The translations under genes and the position numbers were made by a program. From NCBI GenBank assembly GCA_964016885.1, contig OZ024741.1:344038001-344102000 (forward strand): 64,000 bases of DNA, read 5' to 3'. Numbering within the stretch: the stretch's first letter is position 1; every line of letters starts with the position of its first letter. Positions 1-13,288 of this stretch are shown piece by piece. A model generated the notes under the pieces. The model made no database searches, had not been told where the DNA came from, and saw only the letters and a program-made list of their open reading frames with translations. This stretch comes from Eledone cirrhosa (lineage: Eukaryota).

Positions 1-1644
1 TCTGCTGTATTTATTCTGAGCTATTTCTAATAATCAATTCTAACCTGGCCAAGAGCCACGCAATTGGCGAGGGAAAATGTTATAGATTATATCAACACCA
101 CTAGTTTACTCATACTTGTTTTATAGATTCTAGGATGATGAAAAGCAAAGCTGACCTCGACAAGATTTCAACTAAGAATATCAGGAGACGTTACTAAATA
201 TTTGCTTTACCAATTCTGCTACTTAGATAAGGAAATATTTGGATGTTGTTGTATTCTATGATTCCCGGAATTTTGTTATACCATGTTAAACGAGTCAACG
301 AGAGAGCATCAGACCTGTCCACTCTGCCCGCCAGGTGGGAAGATCTGCCACCCACTTTCGTTCTCTTGTGAAAATGGGTATAGCTTTCGTTATGTAACAT
401 CTCCTTATTTAGCCTCATTTCTCCCCATTTTGGAGGCACTTTCTTTCATGGTACTCCCGTTTGGGTTTTTAGAGGTTAGCTTGTAATCTATCTCTCGACC
501 TGTTAGAAATATCAGCCAACTCCTCCTCAAATCACACTATGTTGAAATAGTCAAGCGCCATCAGAGTTGATCGGTTGCTAAATAACAACTAATATTTCTC
601 ATATTTTATTACATTTCATTTTATCATTCAAATAGTCTACCATTTTACAAGTACCGAGTGTTCAAAACATTTGGAATTAATAGTTTCAATAGTCAATGTT
701 GTTGCTGTTGTTGTTTAACTCTGGACAACTCTGACTAAGCAGATTCCTTATCAGTGATAATACCGTTTATTTCTATACCATATAACACATAGAACTACTC
801 GCCAATATAATAGGATTCGGAGAGGCTGCAATTTCCAGCAGCTTGAGAGACCATGCTGAGGATATTTCATTGGGGAATCCGACTGTCAAATTTAATTGAG
901 AATCTTTATATATTCTAGAAATCCGTATATTTGCAATGATTAATGTCTAAGATCTTAGATTTCTTGTGTTTAAATGTTCAGGCGTCTTTGAAGTTTGAAA
1001 TATGTAGTATTTAAATGTAATATTGAGAAAGTTTGGATTTCTAAATATGTAATTTTCTTAAATATAACTTTATCTGTACTGATATACAATAATAATAATA
1101 AATTAAATATAGAAGAATAAATAAAAGATAAAAAGATAAATGGTAGGAAGAAAAGTTTTTTTAAAGGAAGGACGAAAGGGAAAGTCAAACTCTATACTGT
1201 TGCCTGAGTGATACATCTCATGGAGATAGCTTTAGAGAGATGGAGAGGGCGAGAGAGATAGAGGCGATGACAGTGGGAGTTTGGCCCTTCCACATTCGGA
1301 CAATAGCCTTGTGGTTGTGTTCATTATCTATATAGAAAATTATGTATTTACCATATGGCAAGCTAAAAGACAAAATTAACCTCGGTAGTATTTGAAGTCG
1401 TCTGTTATTCTACATGAAGGAGCTCTTAATTTATGTTAAGTACATGCCTTCCTATTTTGCTAAAGAAAGACGGTAGTTCTGAGACTGAGGATACCAGTGG
1501 TCTCGATGGCATAAGACATAAACAGGAACTGTAACTTCGAATCCTAGTATTTTGTTATCATCCACTCCTCTGGAACCTTATATTTCCTACTATTCAAATA
1601 GTCCATGATTCTTTATGGTTGTATTTCTATTGTATTATGTTCCA

Positions 1645-1835
1645 GCGGTGGATTGGCAGTATCGGTAGAGGGTCGGACGCCACGCTTTGCAGCATAGAGT
1701 TACGGCCCTTTACAGCCTGAATTCAAATCCCACCGAGGTTAACTTTGCCTTTCATCCTTACTGAATTGGTAAAATAAAGTACCAGTAATGCACTGGATAA
1801 TTGCTGGCCTTGTGCCAAGGGTAGAAACAATTATT
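1645..1835 (+). mobile_element. tRNA-derived SINE, family 1 (dominant family in the window)
   Basis: A-box-like TGGCAGTATCGG, B-box-like ATTCAAATCC, central GCCTTTCATCCTT..AAAATAAAGTACCAG and GTAGAAACAATTATT tail; many similar copies in the window. Confidence 0.85.
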
Positions 1836-2072
1836 TTATGCTATGTTAAACGACGCTTTTGAATGAGTCGAAGGACATTTCTTGTGCCTTCGATCCCTGA
1901 AATACCTCCCTACTACCGTCAGTCATGCAAGACCGAACCTTATCAAATAAACTGACTGTTTTAGCTCATATTCCCCACCTTCAACCAGGGGAACATATTC
2001 GCCATCTTGTCTGCTGGGATCATAAAATATTTCCATGGAGCGTTGTGATGTTCTTTGTTTATTATATTCACA

Positions 2073-2256
2073 CGGTGAATAGGCAGTATCGGTAAAGGGT
2101 CGGACATGCTTTTTAGCAGAGTTATGTCCCTTTATGATCTGATTTCAAATCCCACCGAGGTTAACGTTGCCTTTCATCCTTACGGGGTCGATAAAATAAA
2201 GTACCAGTAATGTACTGGGTAATTTCTGGCCTTGTGCCAAAAGTAGAAACAATTAT
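2073..2256 (+). mobile_element. SINE family 1 copy
   Basis: Aligns by eye to 1645-1835 along its whole length. Confidence 0.85.
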
Positions 2257-3099
2257 ATTCACACAAAACCATTTCCAAAGTCAATTATTTTCTTTTTTCC
2301 TTCTAACGAATAATTGGCAAAATAGATTTTTATTTTATTAATGCACAATAAAGATATTCTAGAAATTGGGAATTTCTAATTTTTATATTTTCTAACATTC
2401 TATAAGTATAGAATATTTAGATTTCATGAACCGAAAGTTCAGAACTTCAAGGTTTTGGAAATATAATATTTAAAATTTGTTTAGCCTTCTAATGAGAAGG
2501 AAAATTTGAATTTTAAATTTTCACAAATAAGAATTTATAATTTTTTATATAATATAATATCCCTTATAATATTTCTGGTTTCTTTTATTCTTTTATTGTT
2601 TTATTCTTGTATTGGTTTATGTCATTAGGTTGCGACTATACTAGAGTACCGCTTACAACGGATTTAGGCAATCATATCGAACTCAGTACTTATTCTTTCA
2701 AGTCATGCATTTAACTTATTGATGTCTATTTGACTATTTGACGAACGGTCATGTTACGGAACATAATCAAACTGTTAATGTACACACATACACGCGCGCA
2801 CACACACACACACATACACATACACACTCACACACACACATATACACACACACATGTAAGCACGCGAAAAAATGGGATCAAACGCTAAAAAAGCTAATAA
2901 TTATGATGGGTATTAGACCGTTATTACGTAATGGTTACGTAAGTCAAATATGACATCCTCAAACAGATGTAAGGAATGTCTATGATATGCGAATGGTTGG
3001 GCGTAATATATTGCTTGACCATAGTCTAGTCGACTTATGATAGCAGAAAAGTCATTCAGTATCTCTTTGTTAGCAAAATGGCGGGTTTAAAAGTAAGGT

Positions 3100-5810
3100 A
3101 TGTTTCTTTATTAGCCACAGGGGCACAAAAGAAGGAGACAAATACAAAGGGGGAAGTTTACATACAATAAAAACGTGTAAAATACTATCACAAATGCAAT
3201 TTAAAAATCAATCGATTTTCCCCAATAGAGGGAGACATTACATATGGGTAACACCCCCCACCCCCACCCCCCGAAAAAATGTGCAACCCTCATCTCCAGG
3301 AGTACAGGCTGATATAGAGAGAAAGCCCATTCACTCGGGCCATTCTCGCCACTTTCACCCACCTTTCATAAAACTTGCTGGGTACAGTACCTCACTCTCC
3401 ATCCTGATTATTTGAAGAAAAGAATCAGTTGTTGGCCAGAGAGAAAGGTGTCTGACCTCAGCTCTTTTAACCTCGTCCAGCATACAACCTCTCTCGCCAT
3501 AGATATCACACAAAGGAAAACCGCCTCTCCTTCGTTTTTGAAGGAGGGTGGCGGTTTGATCATGACAATGTACTCGGTGGTCAACCGGATTGGTCCCACC
3601 CGCGACAATAGTCGTTCTACATAGCCCCACAGGTCGGTAACGCCCAGGAAGTGTACGAATGCGTGCGCGACTGTTTCTTCGTCTCGCACGCATCTCGGAC
3701 AGATCGTTTTCGAAGGGTCCCTGCCCGGGCGCCCGTGTCTGTAGAGCTTGTCTCGAACTGGTAGAGATCCTCGGTAGCACTGCCAGGCCAGGTACTTTTG
3801 GAAGTTGTCCATCGGTCTCGGGTGGAAGGTCCTACCGAACAGACTGGCCAGTTCGTCCTCCTCTACGGCTAGAGTTTCTCCGAACGCGTCGTCGCACTTG
3901 CTGCGGATCAACCCTCTATAGAATTACGAAGTGGAGTCTCCACTGATCGCCGGGTCCGCCTGCCAGAGGGCTGTGACGACCTGAGCACATTCGATGTGCC
4001 AGTCGCCCATTTTTCTCGGTCTTTGCTTGACCCAGGACTGCAGCTCGGTCAGCGAGACGAGTCGTGGGAAGGCTCGCCTCACGAACGGAACCCACACCGG
4101 TTGTCCGGTGAGGAATACGTGGAGGTACTGCAGCCTGAGCGCGTGTTGTGCATCGTCAGCCACGGCATCCCCAGCCCTCCGTTGGAAGGGTGTTGGCAGC
4201 AGATGGATCTTCTCACCAAAGGAGCCCGCTTCTTCCAAAGAAATTGGAAGAGCGCGCGCTCCATTTTGGTGAGCGTTTTGGCTGGACAAGGTACGACGGT
4301 CAAGCGGTAGTAGATGACGGACGCTATAGAAGTCTTCACCACCTCCGCTCGACCTTTCAAGGACAGTTTGCACTCGGCCCACTTCTTGGTGAGTGCAAAC
4401 ACCTTGGCCGTCACTTCGTTCCAGTTCTTCTCCACCTGGAAGTCTGGACCAAACCAGACCCCGAGTAGCTTCACCGGTCCTTCCGCCCAGCGTCCGACGA
4501 CGCCATCGGAAGGTATCGGTTTGCCTCTCCACAATCCGAGTTGCAAACCAATGAACTTGTCCCGGTTCAGCTTCGCTCCTGTGAACCTTTCGTATTCCTT
4601 CAGTAAGTAGCCGACTTCCTCGATTTGCGAGGTGCTCGAAACCATTACTGTCACGTCGTCGGCGTAGGCCGACTCCGCTTTCCGCAGTCCCGGTTCCAGA
4701 GGGATGCCCTGCAATAGCTCCAACTTCCGTAGTAGTGGCTCGAGAGTCAGTACGTACAGAAGGGAGGAGAGAGGGCATCCCTGTCGGATGGATCGCATGA
4801 TATGGAACGGCTCCGATAGGTAGCCGTTCACCTTGACCCTTGAGCAGATATTGCTGCTGTGCATTGCAGCGAGCGATCCAGCCCCTGAACACGGGTCCGA
4901 AGCTTGCCGCCTCGAGCACCGCATCCAGGTAACGATGGTCAACCCTATCGAAAGCCTTAGACTGATCCAAGTTGATCAGGGCCCCACCCTACCCTCTCTA
5001 CGATGTATTGCATGAGGTGGAGGTTGTCTTGTATGGAACTGATCAGGATTGCGCATGTCTGCGCTTTTCCCACCAGGTTTTCGACGACAAGCGCCAGCCT
5101 CTTTGCCAACACCTTGGCCACAATCTGTAACTGTGTTTAGCAGAGTTATGGGCCTGAAATTGCCTGTGTCATCCCCCTTATTCTCGTTGTTCCTGACTAG
5201 CGTGACTAAGCCATTGGTCACACAATTGGGAATTCTCCCGTTCTGCTGCCAGTTGCAGTAGACCGCTTCCAGGAGAGCAGAGAACAAGTCCGGCATTGCT
5301 ACATAAAATTCGTAGGGTAGACACACGAGACCTGGAGATTTGTTTTGCAGCATTGGCTCAGCGTGTCTCCTATCTCAGCAGCCGAAATCGACCTTTTACA
5401 GAACTTCGCCTCGTTCTCCGAGAGTCGCGGCAGGCCGTCGAGGTATGGACCGAAATCCATAGCCCCTCTCGGCGCGCCGCCCTGCTCGAACAGTTGAGCA
5501 AAGTGCCGCTGAAAGGCCGTGAACATCTGCTTCGGCTCACGTATCACGCGTGCGTCTTGGTCCTTCAAAGACCGAATCGTGGACATGTTGCCACTTTTCG
5601 CCTCCATCACTCGAGCCCAGCTAACAGCTTTGGCTCCCTCGTTACCCAGAGCACGTATTTTGCTTCTGACAACGCAGCCCTCGTGCTTTGCGTTGAAGAA
5701 CTGGTCCAAGGCCGTTCTCGTCGCTAGCACGCTGGCTACGTTGCCACTTCTAATTGCCTCTTCTACTTTATCTACCAGTTCCTTCTCGGTCCTATTTCTA
5801 TCTAACGTAG
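3100..5810 (-). mobile_element. 5'-truncated, frameshifted Tx1-like (L1 clade) non-LTR retrotransposon, ORF2 remnant
   Basis: Collinear minus-strand ORF pieces: NKSPG..LPYEFY and NFRPITLLNT (4976-5353); DQSKAFDRVDH (3924-4970 start); IRQGCPLSSLLY and AYADDV (4079-4942); CPRC..ETVAHAF zinc-knuckle remnant (3408-3911). Much more GC-rich than the flanks. AATAAA on the minus strand at ~3107-3112. No endonuclease domain seen. Confidence 0.9.
4079..4942 (-). pseudogene. Reverse transcriptase core fragment of the Tx1-like LINE
   Basis: QGCPLS and YADD motifs, then LLGVWFG and LSLKGR; frameshifted relative to neighbouring pieces. Confidence 0.9.
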
Positions 5811-6084
5811 GTAGTTGGCTCGTTAGTATTAGGAGTTATAAGAGATTAATTTGATTGCTTATAATTTAAGCTGTTATGTCCATCCAGTTATTTTGATGTG
5901 ACCGTTATCTAAACTAATGTAGCGGTTCTCTTTGGTTCTGTATTTTATCTTTTTTTTATTTTAGCTTTCTATTTTATGCCGTAGTATTTCAATGATGGCA
6001 ATTTTTCCTTCTCAAGTTTAAAGGTAAAACCTATCAAGATATCAGCAATGGGTTAATTCTAGTGTAATCCTAGTTTCTGATTCA

Positions 6085-6263
6085 GGCAATTTTGGGGGAG
6101 AGGAAAGTCGATTAAATTGATCCCAGTCGGTGACTGGTACCTTATTTTATCTACCTCGTAAGGATAAAAAGCAAAGCTAACTTCGGCGGAATTTGATCTC
6201 CGAACGTAAAGGAACGTAACTCTAAGCCGCGAAGCATATTGTCTGACGCTCTACCGATAATCC
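6085..6263 (-). mobile_element. Diverged SINE family 1 copy
   Basis: Reverse complement of the SINE core (ACTGGTACCTTATTTTAT..AGGATAAAAAGCAAAG..GGAATTTGATCTC). Confidence 0.7.
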
Positions 6264-6529
6264 ACAGATAAAAAATGTTGTGCTCGGTCCCTATGCGGCG
6301 TTGTTAAGGCTACAGACGAGGGCAGTCTGTGTCACCTTTTTTAATTGACCACCGGTCATTTTAGTATGCAGCGGTGGAAAGGTTCGGTCAATTATTTATT
6401 TATTTTTAAATGTGATATCTGTAGTATTTTATGCGTAAACATAAAGAGAAATAGTTGTATGAATATGTCATATCGTTGTGTGGTTCCGTAATTCCTGATA
6501 GAGTTGACATACAGCGTTTCTTGGGCATT

Positions 6530-6738
6530 TTAACTCTTTAGCATTTAAACCAGCCATATCCGGCTAGAATTCTCTCACCTCTTACTGCTCAAACTAAATG
6601 TAACTGGTCACTCATACTGAAATAAGTAATATCAAAATTTCTTAGATTCAATATTATGTGGAATAATTATGTGAGATAAAGCCTTTACCATGAAAATACA
6701 AAAGTAAATATAGGGTAATGTAAATGCTAAAATGTTAA
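6530..6738. mobile_element. TTAA-flanked (piggyBac-type) MITE
   Basis: TTAACTCTTTAGCATTTA at 6530 and TAAATGCTAAAATGTTAA at 6721-6738 form a 16/18 inverted match including the TTAA. Confidence 0.7.
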
Positions 6739-7012
6739 GCCTGGCGAAGCCCATCCCTCTCCAGGCCTGAGTACAGCAGATTTCTTCCAGGGAAAGATAG
6801 AAAGAGGGAGAGGGGAAAGGAGAGATACAGAGGAATAATCAACTCCAGTACTAGACTGGCACTTTTTTATCAACTTCGAAAGGATGAAAAACCAAGTTGA
6901 TCTCAGTGGAATTTGAAGTAAGAAAGCATTCTATCGGACGTTCTAACGACACACCCAATTCGTATACAGATATATAAATATATAAATGTTTAAATGTATA
7001 ATATTACTGTAT

Positions 7013-7345
7013 AAATAATTGTTTCTACTTTTGGCACAAAGCCAGCAATTACTCAGTACATTACTGGTACTTTATTTTATCGACCCCGTAAGGATGAAAG
7101 GCAAAGTTAACTATGCTGCAAAGCATGGCGTCCGACCCTCTACCGATACTGCCAATCCAAATAAATAATTGTTTCTACTTTAGGCACAAGGCCAGCAATT
7201 ATCCAGTGCATTACTGGTACTTTATTTTATCGACCCCGTAAGGATGAAAGGCAAAGTTAACCTCGGCGTGATTTGAACTCAGACTGTGAAGGGACGTAAA
7301 TATGCTAGAAAGCATGGCGTCTGACCCTCTACCGATACTGCCAAT
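7013..7345 (-). mobile_element. Tandem pair of SINE family 1 copies, one internally deleted
   Basis: Two head-to-tail copies (7013-7158, 7163-7345) flanked by the direct repeat TACTGTATAAATA (7005-7017, 7357-7369). Confidence 0.85.
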
Positions 7346-7689
7346 AAAATAAATAATACTGTATAAATATCAATACATTGTGCATTTGAGGTGCTAAATT
7401 ATCATACCGAGTGGCAGTAATCCTATTGAGTGAAATTGAAGGTGTGAGATATTTGAAGTTTTGTAGAGTGTAGGTGTAGCGTAAAAGCAAGAGTATGCAT
7501 GCATGTATGTGCATATGTGTGTATGCGCGCGCGCCTATGTAATCATATCAAAGAATATATACATGAATACCTGAATATATACATATATGTATATATGTAT
7601 ATATGTATATACACATACATGCATATACACAAAGAGCCGTACAGTAATTACTGTGAAGAGAAGGAAGGTTAGAAATTAGGTATTGGAAT

Positions 7690-7722
<33 letters not shown>

Positions 7723-7725
7723 CAA

Positions 7726-7852
<127 letters not shown>

Positions 7853-7939
7853 GAGGGTGAGAGAGAGGGAGATAGTGAGAGGAAGAGAGACGGCAACATG
7901 AATGGTCCTGTTATTTTTCTCTAAAAATCTTTTTTCCGA

Positions 7940-8108
7940 TCCACCCTGATCGTCCCTTAAATCTTTCTAATTATGCATTATTTCTTCTGATGAAGGACAA
8001 TCGTCCAAAACCTTACGGCCCTCTTCCTGCTATTTCAAGCGTTAACCTAATATATTCCTTCCATATTCTGTACCGATTGTGTTGTTATTTCTGTTTAACT
8101 TCTACATA
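7940..8108 (+). repeat. Hammerhead-bearing short repeat, family A (degenerate core)
   Basis: CTGATGA-AGGAC-AATC-GTCC-AAAA at 7987-8010, with downstream sequence shared with 15017-15200(-) and 51180-51360(+). Confidence 0.7.
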
Positions 8109-8184
8109 TGTATATATATATGAGGTAATATACAAGCCCAGTCACACTACACAAACACACACACACACTCACACACACAAACAT

Positions 8185-8218
<34 letters not shown>

Positions 8219-8880
8219 CAATGAAAACAATAGAAGTTATGTGCTTCATTACTGCATTGTTTCACGATTGTTCCAGAACGTTGATTGATCATAAATCAAT
8301 CTAGTGACTTATCGATAGTAGTTATGTAACTCCATTTTATTATTTTCAATATTTACATCCATATTACAGATATATCGCATACAGAACAAAGGGGGGGGGG
8401 GCACAGAAAATAACAACAGTACTATACACTGAGGAGGTCACAGAATGTGTGACGAAGGAGCCATCCAGTTATTTAACTAACCAATTGATAAATTGTAATA
8501 ATAAATTGAATTAAAACCTAACAAGTGCGTGTCTTTTTTATTGGCAGCATGACCCTCCGAAAGTATAACAATATATGTTTCAACACTCGTTTTCAGATAT
8601 AAAATTTTGCAAAACAAAGTAAAAACGAGGTATATATATGCAATGATACAGAAATTTATGTATTTTTTCATTTTAAATATGCTACCTTTTGGAATTAGAT
8701 ATATATATTTTCCATCGTTTTACGAAGTTTCTCCTGTTAACGCTTGATATATTTAAGTATATATCAATATGTTTTTTATTCCTATAAATCGGATTTATCC
8801 CGAGAGAAGGAATTACAGGTGATATGGTGCCTGTCTGAAAAGAAATTTTTTTTAGACTTTGACATTCTTATTATTGTTAG

Positions 8881-8928
<48 letters not shown>

Positions 8929-9544
8929 TAGCAGAGGTACTCGGCGTTGCCCGGTATAACTCTCAATGGAGTAGTCGTTCAAATGAAACGAAAGACTACT
9001 TCCGTTAAACACGACTATAGAAGTAACAATTTATAGGCGTTGGCCCTAAAGATGGCCTTTGAACGTTCACTTAGAAATATCTGCGGCGGTGCTGCCAGCA
9101 AAGACGAATCCGATGGTAGCAATTTAAAGTTGGTGGCCCTGAAGAGGGGCTTTGATCGTTCACTCTTAAAAGTCTCAGCGGCAGAGCTGTCAACAAACAC
9201 GACTCCGATTAGCTTGTTATTTGAGATTGTAACCTAGAAAAGCATGTAACAGTCGGTGGCCACAAAAACGGCCTTGGCAAGATCACGCTGGAATGTCAAA
9301 AAAATGTGTAAATAAGATGTAGGGAAAAGTAGATTAATTAGGTTAAAGCTACTGAACATCGATAGCAAAGCGGAATAGCAACATATAAAGGGGAAAATGG
9401 AGACATTGAACATTTATAACGTATAGGAAAAGCAACCTCAGAGGCGTACGTGGTATTTTCAAAAGGACAAAAATAGCAAATGGATACAGCAAATGTAAGA
9501 TACAAATAAAAAAAACAATGATTACCTGTTGGCGGATGGGGTAC

Positions 9545-11121
9545 TTACAAAACTTCCTTATAGACTATATTTTGGGTTTTCTCGCGAGCTGCAAAGGCAA
9601 ATAGGTTATGTTGGCTCCCCACTCGAGAGCAGCCAACATATAGTTGACCATGGGAGAAGCACGGTTCTTCTAAATTAAGCCCTACGACCGTCAGCGTCTG
9701 ACCCTGTGATTTGTTAATCGACATGGCGAAGCTGAGTCGGAGAGGGAATTGCAGCCTTCTGAATGTGAAAGGAATGTCTTTACCGGATGGAATGAGAGGT
9801 ATCCTTGTTATGAAGACCGTATCCCCCTTACCACATAATGTAAGTATTGTTGCCTCAATAACATGAGGCTTTGCCTTTTGCATGACCAGACGCGTGCAGT
9901 TGGAAAGCCTTCGGGGTTCCAAATTTCTGAAGAGCATGACAGGAACACCTTTCTTAAGTTGCAGTAAGTGTGGTGGCAATCCGGGAGGGTCTAGAGAGTT
10001 AAGAAATTCTGTGGGGGTAATTAACAACTTCGTCCGGATCAGCCATAGAGTCAAGGGACTTGTAGACGTGCAGGTTTCCAGACAAGCACAGCATGAGCTG
10101 TTCATTGATGCTTCCAACTATGTAGTTTTTCGAAGCCAATATTGCGCGTTCACACAACCACTATTGATTTGTGTAGTTCTCCTCAAGATTAGGAAAAACA
10201 GACGTCCGTAACTCAGCAATTGACTTAACGCATCTGAAAATCCCCGTGAGGTCCGCTGTACCATCTCCGTCGAGTGGGACTTTACCATCTCCCAACAACA
10301 AAATGGCAGCAGCAAAACCCGCTGATGTCTCATCACCTTGTAGCTGTGCTCTTATGTTTGTTGTAAGCGTCAGCTTTCTTACATAACGCCAAAGTGAGGA
10401 GGCCTGAAGGCATGCACCAACCCCATCAGCCTGCGTACCTTTTGGGATTACAGGCAGAGTCTGTCGGATGTCCCCAGATAACAGGAAAGTGACACCTCCC
10501 ATTGGTTTTTGACAGTCCCTGATGTCTCTGAGTGATCTGTCTAATGCCTCGAAAGCCGCCCTGTGGGCCATTATGCATTCGTCCCAAACAATTAGTAGGC
10601 AGTGCTTTTCCGGAAGACTTGCTGATTTTGCACGTGGGTGTCTCAGATGATGCCATGTTGAGAGGAAGACTGAAGGCAGAATGGTCCGTCCTGTCACCAT
10701 GCAGCAAAGTTGCTACAATGCCGGAAGGAGCCACGGCCAATGCGATGTTTCCGTGTTGTCTCACTGCAGCGAGTAAAAGTTTGATTACAAATGTTTTGCC
10801 CGTGCCTCCAGGTGCGTCCAGGAAGAATATACCCCCTCCCCGATTACGAATGGAATGAACGACAATGTTGTAGGCTTGTTTTTGATCCAGTAGAAGGTTT
10901 GGTTCATTCTCTTCAACATACCTCTTGAGTTCGTCGACATCATATGATGTTTCACGTATAATGTCGTTGGGAATGTCAGATGTCGCATCTCGAAGTGTTT
11001 GCGGATGCCCATATTTCTCCAAGACATCTCCGCCCATTGAAGCCACTCTGTCTTCAATATCGATCAGAGCTCTGTTATATATAGCGTCTGAAAAGCCGAC
11101 ATCTAAGTTTTGAGTTTGCAA
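9545..11121 (-). pseudogene. PIF1-family SF1 helicase domain of Helitron RepHel (fragmented)
   Basis: Walker A DAPGGTGKT, Walker B IVWDE, GDIRQTLPV, FAMSINKSQGQT and HGQLYVGCSRV across ORFs 10426-11121, 10161-10700 and 9545-10117. Confidence 0.95.
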
Positions 11122-11357
11122 TTAAGCGAGACGCCTATATTCGTCTGCGAAATCTTCTTTAAACTTTTGCCATAAAGAGTAAGGATCGCTCAATTCACAG
11201 ACGTGCAAGAGGATAGTAAAAAGTGCTCTTAGACTACAGGATGATTGTGAGATGGCAGCTTCCGTCAAGGTTGCATCCCATTGTGCGTCATCTTCTCAAA
11301 GTCCACGCCTCAAGCAGGCTTCCCTGTACGTTCCGCAGGCGTATCCATCGACGATTC

Positions 11358-13288
11358 TCAGATGAGTGAAGCTAGTCGCAGGTAGAAGCATTGGTGTTGA
11401 GTAGGCTGGACCGTATAAACTCGCCCAAGGCAATTTTCGAATTTGATGCCTGGATGTCCAACCACCTCTTGTCCTACCTTCCTTCGTAGCCATTCTCTCC
11501 GGTTCCATGTATAGTAAGACGGTATTTCAGAATACAGCTGAGTTCGAGCGAAGTCGTCGAGTTGACAAAGTTTGAAAAAAGCGGTGAGTGTAGTTTCCTT
11601 TGGTGAGATCGCTGGCTGAGCAGCTGTTGGATCATTGAAATACACCCGTTGGCCGTTTTCAAGGTGAACGGCAAGTTGTTTAATGACGGGGTGTCGTTGG
11701 TGCAGTGGGAAGCTAAAAACGCGCCAAAAGGCTTCATCGCTGCTAATGTATCGGCCTGCTTGGTAGTCAGATACCTCGTCTCTACTGTTTTCATGACGAA
11801 GACCAAAGACGGCAGCATCCGATCCCTTGTTTACGTACTTACAAACGTATTTAATTGATTTTACTGAGTTGCAAAATTCGACGTTTATATGGGTGTTGAA
11901 TGTTTTCAAGAGGAGGGGGAAATATGGCACTATTCAGCTGTTGTCGATTTCGTGTTCACCAACTTTTGCTGTGAACCCACTGTCTGCAGGTCTCCTGCGC
12001 CTATACAACGGATATCCGTCACCACCAGTCTGTGTTTCCTGTAAAAACGGCCTGGGATATCGTTTTGTACACTTTCCGTCGTGTATGCACGGGGACTTCA
12101 TATTGAGTCCATGTCCGCAAGGACCATGGACCATTTTGATGTGACTATAGAGAAGAGCTCCTTGTCAATCGACAGATCAGGTAGTTCGGCAGAAATGAAT
12201 TTGTCGATGTAGTTTGAACTGATTTTTGTAACCAACCAAATCAAGATATGGCCATGCGGCAGCCCTCGTTTCTGCCATTCAACCGTGTACATGTCGCATC
12301 TGACAGGCCCCAAAACCTGTCCTTTCTTTAATAAATCCATTAATTTGGATACTTTCAGGCGAAACACTCTTGCTATGAGATTGTGCCTGTGTCTTGGCGC
12401 TTGACTGTGGAACAGTTCGTTTGTAATCTCCTTCCACTTGGGATTGCATGTAAACGTTATGAAAAGGTCGGGGCGCCCATAATGTCGTACGTAAGTCATG
12501 GCGTCCTGAGTCCTCTCGTGCATGTATCGGGGTTCCCCTGTGAACGTTGAAGGCAAAATACACACTTGCCCTAAATTGTCTGGGGATACGTCGTTGTTAA
12601 TTCCATCGCGTAGATGAATGTCGCATTCAGATCGAAGTTTCTTTTGATTTAATTTAATGAACCATAATCTCTCGGACTCCATTTTAACGGCCATATTAAC
12701 AGCAAATTGTTGGAAAATGTCCCGAGAACGGTGTAGATGGTTGAATGAATTGTCCCTTACCATAAATTGGAAAGCGTAGAAATCCATGCAGGTGACAGTT
12801 TTCCTAAGATGTGCCTCACCATTGCCTGCCGAATGTTGAGGAATGCCGAAATGGTATCCGTCCTCGCCGTTGACAAATAGCAATGGATAGTGGAGTGCAT
12901 CGTTGGACCTGTGTGTCTCATTGATACGCTGTAATGTGATGTCTCGGTGCTTTAGAATGATATCTCTCTTGTTGTGCTGTTCACCACAAATAACCGCAGC
13001 AATCTCATTACATGCTGGTGCCTTGAACCGACCAGCGTGTTCTCCAGATGGCCTTCGGTCAGCATGTATGACCACACTAAAGTTTTGGTCGGTGGCTGTT
13101 TCCAAAGCATACTTGAAACTGCGAACATAGCTGTTTTTGTCGTGAAGCATTTCTTGAAGTTTTATTATGGTTCCAATGTTAGTTTCGGACGAAATAGAGT
13201 TTCGCACCCTGCCTGTCCTGATAGTTTCCAACGAAGTATAACTGAAGAAATTGAGGATCCTTTTCTGCCATAGGCTGAGTAGAACCAA
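11358..13288 (-). pseudogene. HUH/Y2 Rep endonuclease domain of Helitron RepHel (fragmented)
   Basis: PDLFITFTCNPKW, VEWQKRGLPHGHIL (HUH), MVHGPCG and KYVCKYVNKG (two catalytic Tyr). Confidence 0.95.

Noticed and set aside
1645-1740. tRNA gene
   Set aside because: The A/B boxes belong to the SINE head; no full cloverleaf.
3090-5815. TSD or target-site specificity of the Tx1-like LINE
   Set aside because: Only a weak GTA(A)GGTA similarity at the ends; no snRNA, tRNA or repeat target is recognisable.
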